NCBI GenBank assembly: GCA_013166835.1
Contig: JABLTI010000012.1
Span: 1-45,437, forward strand
Length of the DNA: 45,437 bases
Reading direction: 5' to 3'
DNA from: Promethearchaeati archaeon
Lineage (GTDB): Archaea > Asgardarchaeota > Heimdallarchaeia > JABLTI01
Below are positions 10,041-19,100 of the stretch, in pieces (within the stretch, counting starts at the first letter, position 1; the number at the start of each line of letters is the position of its first letter). The notes beneath the pieces were generated by a model. That model searched no databases. It worked only from the letters and a program-made list of their open reading frames with translations, and was not told where the DNA came from. A program made the translations under genes and the position numbers.

Positions 10041-11018
10041 TTATAATTTCATTTTTCTAAATATGAAAATAATTAGTACAGTTGCTATCAAGATTGTTCC
10101 TATAAAAGTCCAGAAAGGCCAAGACTTAATGATTTCCAGTCCATTATTGGCAAATTCTACGAAGTTTATTCCTCCAAAAGAAGCGATTAAATTAGGTATA
10201 GTAATCACTGCTGTTAAGACTGCAATTAATCTCATGGTATCATTCATTTTGTTAGATGCTGAGGATAAGTAAATATCAACGATGCTACTTAATCTGTCCC
10301 TTAAAGTGGAGCATGTATCGTTTGCTTCTAGGATATGATCATAGACATCAGTGTAATATGTTTGGGCAACTTCACTGATGAGGGGAGAATCATCTATTGC
10401 TAGCTCTCGCAAGACGATTCTATGTGGACGAATTGCTTTCAATATAATCAAAATATTAGTTCGGAGATCAAAAGTTTGGTCCAGAATATCTCGTTCAGGT
10501 TTATGAACGACTATCTCTTCGATTTCTTCAATTTTATCCTCAATTTCCTCTAGGACATCAAGATAACCATCTATGAAAGTATCAGCGATAGTATAGCTCA
10601 TAAATCCTGCTTTATGACCGAGGATGCGTTTGTTCTTTAACAAAATTCTATTGTGGACTGCTTTTAAACTTATACCACCACGCTTTTCTCTCACTGTAAT
10701 AATGAAGTTCTCGCCCAAATACATGGCGAATTGATAGGGTTCAAGTTCATCTTGATCTAGAACCTCCCGAACACCAACCAGTATAATGAACATGTATCCC
10801 GAGTACTCTTCAATTTTCGGCCTTTGATTTGCTTCCATACAATCTTCAATTGTTAAAGAATGAAAATTAAAGATTTCTTGAAGATTGTTTAATTCCTCTA
10901 CAGTTGGTTCAATAATATCTATCCAGAGAGTGCCCAAATTTTCTTTTATAGCTGATTCAATATCGAGTTCATGCAATTTCGAATCTTTCTTTGAGAAAGA
11001 CAATATGCGTTTTATCAT
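10041..11018 (-). CDS. corA: CorA/ZntB family divalent-cation transporter (GIN signature)
   Basis: LWIDI..P, FHSLTIEDC...QRPKIEEY, DVYDH, SNKMNDTMR, GGINF, two C-terminal TMs; ATG 11018 (or TTG 11039). Confidence 0.9.
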   Translation of the reverse strand: MIKRILSFSKKDSKLHELDIESAIKENLGTLWIDIIEPTVEELNNLQEIFNFHSLTIEDCMEANQRPKIEEYSGYMFIILVGVREVLDQDELEPYQFAMYLGENFIITVREKRGGISLKAVHNRILLKNKRILGHKAGFMSYTIADTFIDGYLDVLEEIEDKIEEIEEIVVHKPERDILDQTFDLRTNILIILKAIRPHRIVLRELAIDDSPLISEVAQTYYTDVYDHILEANDTCSTLRDRLSSIVDIYLSSASNKMNDTMRLIAVLTAVITIPNLIASFGGINFVEFANNGLEIIKSWPFWTFIGTILIATVLIIFIFRKMKL

Positions 11019-11069
11019 TATTAGACACTTCCTAATCAACCACAGACTCTTTGATAGTTTATAAACAAG

Positions 11070-11438
11070 CTATTCCTTTTGTTGAATTATTTCGAATAAA
11101 TTTCCATCGGGGTCTTCTAATAAGAAGGATATGAAGTACTCTTGTGCAAATATTTCAGTATCAGGATTGCAAATACTTGCATCCTTGCATTTTTGCAACA
11201 TTGTAGCAATATTATCCACTTCAATAGAGAAAACTCCGCCTTTTCTTAGAGGAGCACCATCGTTTAATGGTTCAGGATAAAGATAGTAAGCAGTATTTGG
11301 TCCCCCTTCGGGATAAGTGAAGATAATTAAGCTTTCAGTTTCAGCTGTTGTTGAGAGTCCTAAATTCTCCATAAATTCTTTTGTTCTTTCAAGGTTGCTG
11401 GAATGCAACCAAGTGGAAACTATTTTCTTGAATTTCAT
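11070..11438 (-). CDS. VOC/glyoxalase family protein
   Basis: SNLERTKEF...LGL, FSIEVDNI, LEDPDGNLFEI; GGAGG RBS before ATG 11438. Confidence 0.85.
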   Translation of the reverse strand: MKFKKIVSTWLHSSNLERTKEFMENLGLSTTAETESLIIFTYPEGGPNTAYYLYPEPLNDGAPLRKGGVFSIEVDNIATMLQKCKDASICNPDTEIFAQEYFISFLLEDPDGNLFEIIQQKE

Positions 11439-11672
11439 GATAACTTCCTCCGAATTACTAGTTAGAATGGTTGAACTTTTCATTTAAAAGTTATTATCAT
11501 TGAATTACCTTTGATTTAGTTCGTTTTTCTAATGAAAAACATTGTTTCCAGTCTCTCTTTTTCTTACACTTGAAAGCAGAAAGTAAATTAACGATAAAAC
11601 CATTTTCTTGAATGTATATGGAGATAGTCTAAATATGTGATACTCTTCTTGCCTTAGGTAACTCCACAAAAA

Positions 11673-11951
11673 ATGGAAAAGTTATTTTTGCGAAAAATAG
11701 TGATCGAGAACCCGATGAACCGGCTGAAATATTACAAATTCCCAGAACAAAACATTCCGTTGAATCGGAAGTTGCCACGACATATATATGAAATTACTCA
11801 TTCAGCGAGAGCAAGAGATTTTGTTACGGATTTATCTAATTTTACTAAAGAGAAATATCTGGAAATTCGCGAAGCTGAATTACGATGGATAGAGCAAATA
11901 AAAAACATGCCAATTAAGAAAAAAACAGGAATATTTTATCGAAGAAAATAG
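11673..11951 (+). CDS. Small basic hypothetical protein
   Basis: 92-codon ORF in otherwise empty space; no recognisable motif. Confidence 0.5.
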   Translation: MEKLFLRKIVIENPMNRLKYYKFPEQNIPLNRKLPRHIYEITHSARARDFVTDLSNFTKEKYLEIREAELRWIEQIKNMPIKKKTGIFYRRK

Positions 11952-12201
11952 GTGAAGATTTCAAAACGAAATAGATTACCTTTACAAGAATAGCAAAAGA
12001 ACTTTATAACTCAATTATGTGTATATTACATAGTAATAAAAGGTCGTCCAAATATTATTGTGCATAGATGGATAAGCCTTTAATATAGCATACAAAAAAC
12101 GGTTCAGTTTAAGCTGGAAATGTAAGACAATAATGAATTGAAGTTTTATTAAATAAGGTTTCAGCGAGAAAAATAACTTATTTACACATCAAACCAGTTA
12201 A

Positions 12202-12711
12202 AAAAGGGATGGTGTATTAGAAACGACAAATATAAACTCAAAAAAGCACAACCGAATACATGTTGATGGAATATCAGATGATATAGATCAAGTCTCGGCA
12301 GGCGGAGTTGTTTACAGAGAGTGTACAGACAAGATAGTCAGGGTTGCGCTAATCAGAGATCAAAATACTCACAAATGGATTTTACCAAAAGGCAGGATAG
12401 AGGAAGGAGAGTCTTTAGAAGACACTTCACTTCGGGAAGTTAAAGAAGAAACAGGTTTGCATAGTATAAAATTAGTGCAAAAAATAGACAAAACGAACTA
12501 TTGGTTTAGAACCAAGCAAAAAGAAAAACTAACAAAAGAAGTTCATTTCTTTTTATATAAAGATGAAGAAGGAAATGAAGATATTTGCGTGGAAGAAACT
12601 AATTTCGATAAGGGCCAATGGTTCACTAAAGATGAAGCAATAAAAAGAATTGGCTTTCCTGCTCAAAGAAAAATCCTACACAAAGCATTCAAAATAATTG
12701 AAAATAGTTGA
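12202..12711 (+). CDS. NUDIX hydrolase (Ap4A-hydrolase-like); start codon uncertain
   Basis: Frame is open from 12202 and reads SAGGVVY...WILPKGRIEEGESLEDTSLREVKEETGL (complete Nudix box) upstream of the tracked TTG at 12457. Confidence 0.85.
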   Translation, partial: KRDGVLETTNINSKKHNRIHVDGISDDIDQVSAGGVVYRECTDKIVRVALIRDQNTHKWILPKGRIEEGESLEDTSLREVKEETGLHSIKLVQKIDKTNYWFRTKQKEKLTKEVHFFLYKDEEGNEDICVEETNFDKGQWFTKDEAIKRIGFPAQRKILHKAFKIIENS

Positions 12712-12803
12712 TCAAACTATTTTCTTTTCTTTATTTCAATTTTTGTTTTCTAAGAAAAGATTAAATTTAGATTGAATTGTAATTATATCATAAACTCGCA
12801 AAA

Positions 12804-13856
12804 ATGATTTCGATGGCAAAAATAACAGGAAAGATCTTGGTAACTTTTACTTTGTTTATTTTATGTGGCACACTAGTCACTGTAACTAATACTTCTACAA
12901 CTGTTACAACAAATGGACCACTAAATATTGTAGCATCCATTTCCATTGTTGCTGATTTTGCTTCACAAATAGGTGAAGGATTATTCAGTGTACCAAGTAT
13001 CGTTACAGGTACTGAAAATCCACATATCTACGAACCAACTCCCAGTGAAATTGAGCTTGTAGCTTCTGCTGATTTATTCATTAGATTTGGATTAGAAGAC
13101 CTTGAACCTTGGGTTGATGCAGTACTTCTGGCAAATCCATTTGTTCCTGTTCTTACTCTCGTTAATAGTTCACTGATGCGATTTGATCCATTAATTGAAG
13201 CTGATAATCCTCATGTTTGGTTAGATCCAAATATTGCTAAAATCTTTGTAGGTAATATTTATGATGAAATTGCTAGTTTAGATCCAAGTAATAATGCCAC
13301 TTACTTAAGTAATCGTGATGATTATTTTGATGAGCTTGATAATCTTCTTGCTGACATAAGTATAGCAGCAACAGAATTTTCAGGTCTAAAGGTAGTTGTG
13401 CATCATCCAGCTTTTATGTATTTATTTGATTTACTAGGCATCGAAAGAGTTGCTACGATAGAAGAGCATGAGGGGGAAGAACCATCAGCAGAACATATCG
13501 CTGAAGTGGTTCAAGCTATAGTAGCTGAAAACGCTTCGATTATTATAAATCAGCCACAGTTAGAAGAAGAAGAAATTATTGAAATTGCACGAGATACTGG
13601 AATTCTTATCACTGAATTAACTCCTTTATTAGGAATAATTGATGAGAATGGTTATGTTGTTTCAAATGGTTCTCTTATTGAAAGCTACATAGATATGATT
13701 CTCTTTAATCTTGAAGCATTACGAAATCCCCATGAACCTGCTGTTGCGAATCTCAATTGGTATTGGTGGACATTAGTAGGTTTTGGCGCAGCAAGCTTTG
13801 TCGGAACATGGATTACAGTTTTCATAGTTCGAAGTAAAAAACCCTCATATAGATAA
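12804..13856 (+). CDS. Zn/Mn ABC transporter substrate-binding protein (ZnuA/TroA family) with C-terminal TM
   Basis: NPHIYEPTP, DNPHVWLDP, HHPAFMY, EPSAEH; N-terminal signal; C-terminal hydrophobic helix plus basic tail. Confidence 0.92.
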   Translation: MISMAKITGKILVTFTLFILCGTLVTVTNTSTTVTTNGPLNIVASISIVADFASQIGEGLFSVPSIVTGTENPHIYEPTPSEIELVASADLFIRFGLEDLEPWVDAVLLANPFVPVLTLVNSSLMRFDPLIEADNPHVWLDPNIAKIFVGNIYDEIASLDPSNNATYLSNRDDYFDELDNLLADISIAATEFSGLKVVVHHPAFMYLFDLLGIERVATIEEHEGEEPSAEHIAEVVQAIVAENASIIINQPQLEEEEIIEIARDTGILITELTPLLGIIDENGYVVSNGSLIESYIDMILFNLEALRNPHEPAVANLNWYWWTLVGFGAASFVGTWITVFIVRSKKPSYR

Positions 13857-13870
13857 AAGCATAGTAAAAA

Positions 13871-14899
13871 ATGAAGGATAAAATAATGTCAAAAATAGCA
13901 GAATTCTTTCAAGCGTTTCAATATCCATTTATGCAATATGCCTTAATAGCTGGAGTAGTTATTGGTATAGTCTGTTCAATCATAGGCGTTTTTGTTTTGC
14001 TTCGTGGTATGGTTTTTCTTGGACAAGCTATTGCTCATTCTTCTTTTGCTGGAGCTGCATTAGCAATTTTACTAAATGTGCAACCTACAATGATAATAAT
14101 GGCTTTTTCAATTATCTCAGCTGTTACTATAGGTTACGTTAACCAGAAACGTCTTATGAAAGATGAAGTGATTATCGGTGTTGTTTTTTCCTTTTTTGTT
14201 GCACTTGCGGCATTACTAATAGGATTAAAACGCGAATACACATCAGATATTAAGTCAGTCCTTTTTGGCAATTTACTAACAGTAGATAGAGAGGATTTTA
14301 TTTTACTCATAATCTTTTCAGCATTAGTTATCATGCTAATTTTTCTAATTAAGAAGGAACTATATTTTATAACATTTGATTCTGAATTAGCAAAGATTTC
14401 AGGGATACCAGTTAATTTCTTGAGTTATCTATTCTTAATCTTGGTTTCAATTACTATTGCTGTTTCATTAAAGGCAATTGGAGCTATCTTAGTTTTTGCT
14501 ATGATAATAACTCCAGCAGCAGCAGCTTATCAATGGACTCATCGTCTTAATAGAATGATTCTGTTATCAGCTATCTTTGGAGTTACTTCAGCTGTGATAG
14601 GATTATTCATGTCTTATATGTTAAATCTTGCATCCGCAGCATCTATAGCTATAACAATCACATTAATTTTCCTAGTCTCATTCATCTTTTCTCCGAAACG
14701 TAGATCGCTAAAGAAAAGCATCACTGAATGTCCATTCTGTAGAGATCACTTTGATGATACAGGTCATTGTCAAAATCCTGACTGTAAATTTGGAGATATC
14801 CCTCATGTCCATGATCATGATAGAGTAGGAATAAGCATCGAACATTTGCCGGAACGTGAACCCACAGTTCACAAACATGAGATGGAGGAGGAAGCATAA
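13871..14899 (+). CDS. Zn/Mn ABC transporter permease (ZnuB/ABC-3 family) with Cys/His-rich C-terminal tail
   Basis: GVFVLLRGM.FLG.AIAH, LFGNLL, TFDSELA, GAILVFAMIITPAAAA. Confidence 0.92.
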   Translation: MKDKIMSKIAEFFQAFQYPFMQYALIAGVVIGIVCSIIGVFVLLRGMVFLGQAIAHSSFAGAALAILLNVQPTMIIMAFSIISAVTIGYVNQKRLMKDEVIIGVVFSFFVALAALLIGLKREYTSDIKSVLFGNLLTVDREDFILLIIFSALVIMLIFLIKKELYFITFDSELAKISGIPVNFLSYLFLILVSITIAVSLKAIGAILVFAMIITPAAAAYQWTHRLNRMILLSAIFGVTSAVIGLFMSYMLNLASAASIAITITLIFLVSFIFSPKRRSLKKSITECPFCRDHFDDTGHCQNPDCKFGDIPHVHDHDRVGISIEHLPEREPTVHKHEMEEEA

Positions 14900-14900
14900 G

Positions 14901-15671
14901 ATGAATTCAAAGACATCAGATACTGATTGCCATATGGATGAGGACAGCAACATTCTCATTTGCATTAAGGATTTGGCAGTAGCATATCAAACAAATGTAG
15001 CGATTTTCGACATTAACTTGGATGTTTATCGACAAGATTTCCTAGGAATTTGTGGTCCGAATGGTTCTGGAAAAAGTACTTTACTGAAAGCAATTGTAGG
15101 AGCTATCAAACCTTTTCAAGGAAATCTACGTCTCTTTAATAAGGATGTAACGAAAAGTGAAATTAGAGAAATTCAGAGCAAAATAAGCTATCTTCCACAA
15201 ATTGAACAAATAGACAGGAATTTTCCTGCTTTAGTTAAAGATGTTGTTGGGATGGGATTATATGCTCAAAAAGGATTTTTCAGAAGATTATCAGAAGAAG
15301 ATAACCAGCGTATTATGGAAGCCCTTGAGACCGTCGGTATGGCTAATCTTTCAGAGCGACCAATAGGACATCTTAGTGGTGGACAACAACAAAAAGTGAA
15401 AATCGCTCGAGCTCTTGTGAATAACCCAGAAATTCTACTCATTGATGAACCTTTCAGTGCTCTTGATTTTAAAATAGCTAAGGAATTAGGGGAATTACTG
15501 GCTAAAATTCACCAAGAAACTAAAATCACTATAGTCTTGGTGAGTCACAGCATAGCTATTATTCGAGATTATTGTAATCGGGCAGTCTGTATGAATCGCA
15601 GGATTATCTGGGAAGGAAAACCACAATCAGACGATTTTGATAAAGCAATTCACAGAGTATTCCATTTTTAG
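14901..15671 (+). CDS. Zn/Mn ABC transporter ATPase (ZnuC-like)
   Basis: GPNGSGKST, YLPQ, LSGGQQQK, IDEP, VSH; GGAGG RBS before ATG 14901. Confidence 0.93.
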   Translation: MNSKTSDTDCHMDEDSNILICIKDLAVAYQTNVAIFDINLDVYRQDFLGICGPNGSGKSTLLKAIVGAIKPFQGNLRLFNKDVTKSEIREIQSKISYLPQIEQIDRNFPALVKDVVGMGLYAQKGFFRRLSEEDNQRIMEALETVGMANLSERPIGHLSGGQQQKVKIARALVNNPEILLIDEPFSALDFKIAKELGELLAKIHQETKITIVLVSHSIAIIRDYCNRAVCMNRRIIWEGKPQSDDFDKAIHRVFHF

Positions 15672-15870
15672 TTTAATGAAAATGGAAAGATGGAAAAACT
15701 GGTCATTTGTTATTTTCAAATATGCTTTTTTTCCCAGTAAAAACATATGTTTATATGAGAAAAAACAAAGAAATAGCTATGTTTTGTAAAAAACTATTTA
15801 TAAAGCAATCATACATAAACAATTAATTTACATAAAAATTGTGAGGCAAAAATTTAAAGGAAAAAATACT

Positions 15871-16179
15871 ATGCCAGGAACCTGTCCAAAATGTGGACTT
15901 CCAAAAGAGCTATGCATGTGTCAAGCCATAGCCAAGGAAGAACAGAGAATAAAAGTGCGTATTGAGACGCGCAAGTGGGGAAGAGAAGTAACTTTGATTA
16001 TGGGGATTAATCCCAAAGAAGTTGACATTAGTTCTTTAACTACCAAGTTAAAAAATAAGTGTGCCTGTGGTGGAACCGCCAAAGAAGGGATTATCGAATT
16101 ACAGGGAGATCATCGTCATAGAATCAAGGATTTGTTATTAAAGGAAGGCTATGATAGTACAAATATTGACATTCAATAG
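15871..16179 (+). CDS. sui1: Translation initiation factor aIF1 (SUI1 family)
   Basis: CPKCGLPKELCMC N-terminus, RKWGREVT, LK.KCACGGT, IELQGDHR. Confidence 0.96.
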   Translation: MPGTCPKCGLPKELCMCQAIAKEEQRIKVRIETRKWGREVTLIMGINPKEVDISSLTTKLKNKCACGGTAKEGIIELQGDHRHRIKDLLLKEGYDSTNIDIQ

Positions 16180-16207
16180 AACCTAATCCTTCTATTTAAG
16201 ATGATAA

Positions 16208-16277
16208 TTTTGAAGTAAAATGTAAATTGCTTCAAAAAAACCAAAAATCGGAAGTTAATAATTATTGTTTCTTCCGA
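16208..16277. terminator. Two inverted repeats between convergent sui1 and rqc2, possible terminator region
   Basis: TTTTGAAG(16208)...CTTCAAAA(16237) and TCGGAAG(16248)...CTTCCGA(16277). Confidence 0.35.
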
Positions 16278-16304
16278 ATCCTTATTTCTAATTAGATAAT
16301 AATC

Positions 16305-18323
16305 TTATTCCTTTTTGATGTAACAATCACCCGGTAAGATTGATATCAATTCATTTAATGCTGTAGCATTAATTTTCGCAGTATCCTTTTCATCCAAACC
16401 CTCTAAGAATTGTGAAACTATTATTTTCGCAATCTTGCTTTTAGTTGTGTCTCCAGGAACAACTCTTACTATTTTAGCATTATTTATATCCTTAAAGGCT
16501 TGAATGGCTGATAAAGGTCCACTAATTACGTAAGACCATTTCTCCTCAATTATTGGGTAAACTGCTATTTCTAGAGGAATGTTTCGAAGAATATTTTTCT
16601 TACCTTTAATTATGAAACTGCCTTTTGCCAAGTACTCACCAGATGGAGCTGAAAATGATACTTGATCTGGTGTTACCCAGTAAGTATTTTCTGTACTACT
16701 CCTGTCTTTCCATGCTTTAGAATACGTTACAGAAAATATCGCTGCTTCATTAATTGTTGTTTCAGGTATTGGTTTCCCTTCACTCTTAATTATAACGACA
16801 GCAGCCCCATGAATTTCTGCATGTAAGAAAAGATCATCTTTCTCAAGATACTTTTTAACGAGTTCGTTATTTGTTCTCATATCTTTTCCCGCAATGACAA
16901 GAAAACCATCTGTTGATTTAAACCAATGGAACTTTTCATACCAGTCTCTTTTCCTTTTCTCAATCAAAATTTTCTCTTTCTTACTTAGTACCTCAATACC
17001 CATTTCTAGTTTCTTGATTTTTTCTGTAAACTCATCGATTTTCTTCTGTGTCCCAGGTGCTTTGCCTTCAGCTTTCTTAGCTTTTTTGTACATTTCATTA
17101 GCATTATCTGATGCTGTTTTTAGGAAATCTAACTCAACATCAACACCATCAAGCTCTACAATGATAATTTTACTTTTCTCTTGTATTTTCTTTAGAAGAC
17201 GGGCTCCTTTCACTTTGCGTTCTTTGGCATCATCTAATTTTTCCTTAATATCTTTCCATGGAATATTTTTTCTCCGTGCATTAGTTATTGTGAGGAGTAA
17301 TTCATCTATTTCAGCTAAGTAAAGATAAATGCGATTTCCCTTATCCTTTTCTTTCTCCACTTGTTCTAATAGAGTTTCAAGATGATCTTCTTGTTTCTTT
17401 CGCACCTTTAGTAATTGTGTGATTTTCTGCTCCTCAACTTTAAATTCTACAGAAGAAACGGCATCAGAATCTTGGGTACTGAAATGAAGATCTAAAGCCT
17501 CTGAAAATGATTCATGTTTTTCTTTTTCAAATTCATTATATACTTTCATTGGAAATGGAGAAATTTCAACAACCTCTTTTGTTTTTGAATCTCGATATGT
17601 TAAAGGTTGCAACTTTGAGCTTTTTGCATCTTTGCGTAATTTCTTCACTCCAGTAATTATTTTATCAATTATCTCGTCAGTTATATCTTCTGACTTTAGC
17701 TTTGGATCAAGATCCATTCTCATACAAATTTCTTGAGCAAAAATCTTACCAATATTCAAAGTCTTTGATATTAAAGGAATAATGTCTTTTTCTCCTCTCT
17801 CTTGCAATTTTTCTTTTGCCCAATCAAGATCTGCTTCGATAAAATTTCTTCCTGAACTGGGAGGAAATTTAAACTCAATCCCTGGGTGAATGTCTCTATC
17901 TCTCATTTTCTTGTAATTCTTAGCAACAAGAATTCTATCTGACGGACTCACTAATATAAGATTACCTTTACCAAAGAGCTCAACAATCAGTGTGTAAACT
18001 TTCTCATGGGCTTCAAATTCAAGAACACAGATTCGATCGAAATCATATTGATAAATAGATTTCAACCATTTACCTTTAATGTGAATCCTAAATGCTTTAC
18101 ACAAACCAGAAGGAGAAGGAGGAAAATCTCGTTTAAATTTAGTGATATGAATCCTTTTACCTGGTTCAATAACTAATAATTGAGTTCCTTCGGTTTTAGT
18201 TCGGAACCTAAAAAAGAACTTATCATTAAGTTCAAAAATGTTTTTAAGTTCGCTACTCCTAAATCGCTGTGTAAGTTCACTGATGATTGCATTTATGTCG
18301 AAATTGCTCATTGAATCTTTCAT
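16305..18323 (-). CDS. rqcH: Ribosome quality-control factor Rqc2/NEMF (archaeal RqcH): NFACT-N, coiled coil, NFACT-R
   Basis: MSNFDI, QYDFDRI, ELFGKGN, WYEKFHWF.S.DGFLVIAGKD..TN..LVKKY, HAEIHGA, QVS..APSGEYL.KGSF; GGTGA RBS before ATG 18323. Confidence 0.95.
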   Translation of the reverse strand: MKDSMSNFDINAIISELTQRFRSSELKNIFELNDKFFFRFRTKTEGTQLLVIEPGKRIHITKFKRDFPPSPSGLCKAFRIHIKGKWLKSIYQYDFDRICVLEFEAHEKVYTLIVELFGKGNLILVSPSDRILVAKNYKKMRDRDIHPGIEFKFPPSSGRNFIEADLDWAKEKLQERGEKDIIPLISKTLNIGKIFAQEICMRMDLDPKLKSEDITDEIIDKIITGVKKLRKDAKSSKLQPLTYRDSKTKEVVEISPFPMKVYNEFEKEKHESFSEALDLHFSTQDSDAVSSVEFKVEEQKITQLLKVRKKQEDHLETLLEQVEKEKDKGNRIYLYLAEIDELLLTITNARRKNIPWKDIKEKLDDAKERKVKGARLLKKIQEKSKIIIVELDGVDVELDFLKTASDNANEMYKKAKKAEGKAPGTQKKIDEFTEKIKKLEMGIEVLSKKEKILIEKRKRDWYEKFHWFKSTDGFLVIAGKDMRTNNELVKKYLEKDDLFLHAEIHGAAVVIIKSEGKPIPETTINEAAIFSVTYSKAWKDRSSTENTYWVTPDQVSFSAPSGEYLAKGSFIIKGKKNILRNIPLEIAVYPIIEEKWSYVISGPLSAIQAFKDINNAKIVRVVPGDTTKSKIAKIIVSQFLEGLDEKDTAKINATALNELISILPGDCYIKKE

Positions 18324-18337
18324 TGGAGTCACCAATT

Positions 18338-19048
18338 ATGTCAAAAAAGAAACCTAAACAAAAAGGTTCCTCAAAGTCTAAAAAGGAAGCCCCAAAAAAA
18401 GAGGAGAAAGTAGATCTTAGCGAATATGAAAATAGCTTTGATGGGGACACAGAGGACATACCACCGAAAGAAGCTGATGACATAGATTATGATCAATATG
18501 AGCTCCCCGAGGATTTCGTTCGTGATGAAAAGGAAGAAATTCCTGAAGAAGATATGAATTGGTTCCAACGTAGAAGAAAAGCTTTAGATGATATGGCTAA
18601 TGACCAAAGATTGTATTGGATAAAAATTCTATCTGGATGTATAGCAGGTATTATTCTTGGTTTTGCTGGAGCACAAACAGGCTGGTGGCTGCTCTTAATG
18701 ATTGGTTTGTATGCTGGTATAACTGCAGGTGGATTTTTCTTGTTCAAACTTGAATGGAGTATTAAAGGAATACTTCTCAGTGGATTCTTTCCTTATCTTG
18801 CATTATTCACCATGTTCTGGACATTAATGTTTACATCTATTTATGCCCCCTCAATGACTGATTGGTGGCCAATCCTGATTTCAACATTTACTTACACAAA
18901 CAACGGGACTGAGATAATTACCACTCATACAAATACTACATCCGCAGCAGGAGTCCCCTGGTTAGCATTTGTAATAATTATTGTTTCGTCATTAGGTTTA
19001 TTGCAATTCTTACTCCGACATCAGGACAGAAGAGAAAAAATAGAATAA
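18338..19048 (+). CDS. EMC6/RAB5IF(OPTI)-like membrane protein with charged N-terminal tail and an additional C-terminal TM
   Basis: LYWIKILSGCIAGIILG ... SGFFPYLALFTMFWTLMFT resembles the first and last TMs of the Rab5ip/EMC6 family; ATG 18338 avoids overlap with rqcH. Confidence 0.65.
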   Translation: MSKKKPKQKGSSKSKKEAPKKEEKVDLSEYENSFDGDTEDIPPKEADDIDYDQYELPEDFVRDEKEEIPEEDMNWFQRRRKALDDMANDQRLYWIKILSGCIAGIILGFAGAQTGWWLLLMIGLYAGITAGGFFLFKLEWSIKGILLSGFFPYLALFTMFWTLMFTSIYAPSMTDWWPILISTFTYTNNGTEIITTHTNTTSAAGVPWLAFVIIIVSSLGLLQFLLRHQDRREKIE

Positions 19049-19050
19049 TC

Positions 19051-19081
19051 ATATGAGTTTTTTCGACTCATATTCCTTTTT
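19051..19081 (+). terminator. Hairpin plus T-tract after the EMC6-like gene
   Basis: ATATGAGT-7 nt-ACTCATAT followed by TCCTTTTT, between convergent genes. Confidence 0.5.
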
Positions 19082-19100
19082 ATTATTATCATTATACAAA

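Noticed and set aside
12039-12120. Weak hairpins (AAAGGT/GCCTTT, TCCA/TGGA) upstream of the NUDIX gene
   Set aside because: Short stems, large loops and no riboswitch or ncRNA consensus
4267-12130. 13-mer AAATGTAAGACAA present in two intergenic regions (4267 and 12118)
   Set aside because: AT-rich match of this length is expected by chance; no symmetry or extended similarity
16894-18747. Alternative ORFs overlapping rqcH and the EMC6-like gene, including TTG starts at 18287 and 18335
   Set aside because: Antisense shadows; RBS-supported ATGs at 18323 and 18338 remove the overlap
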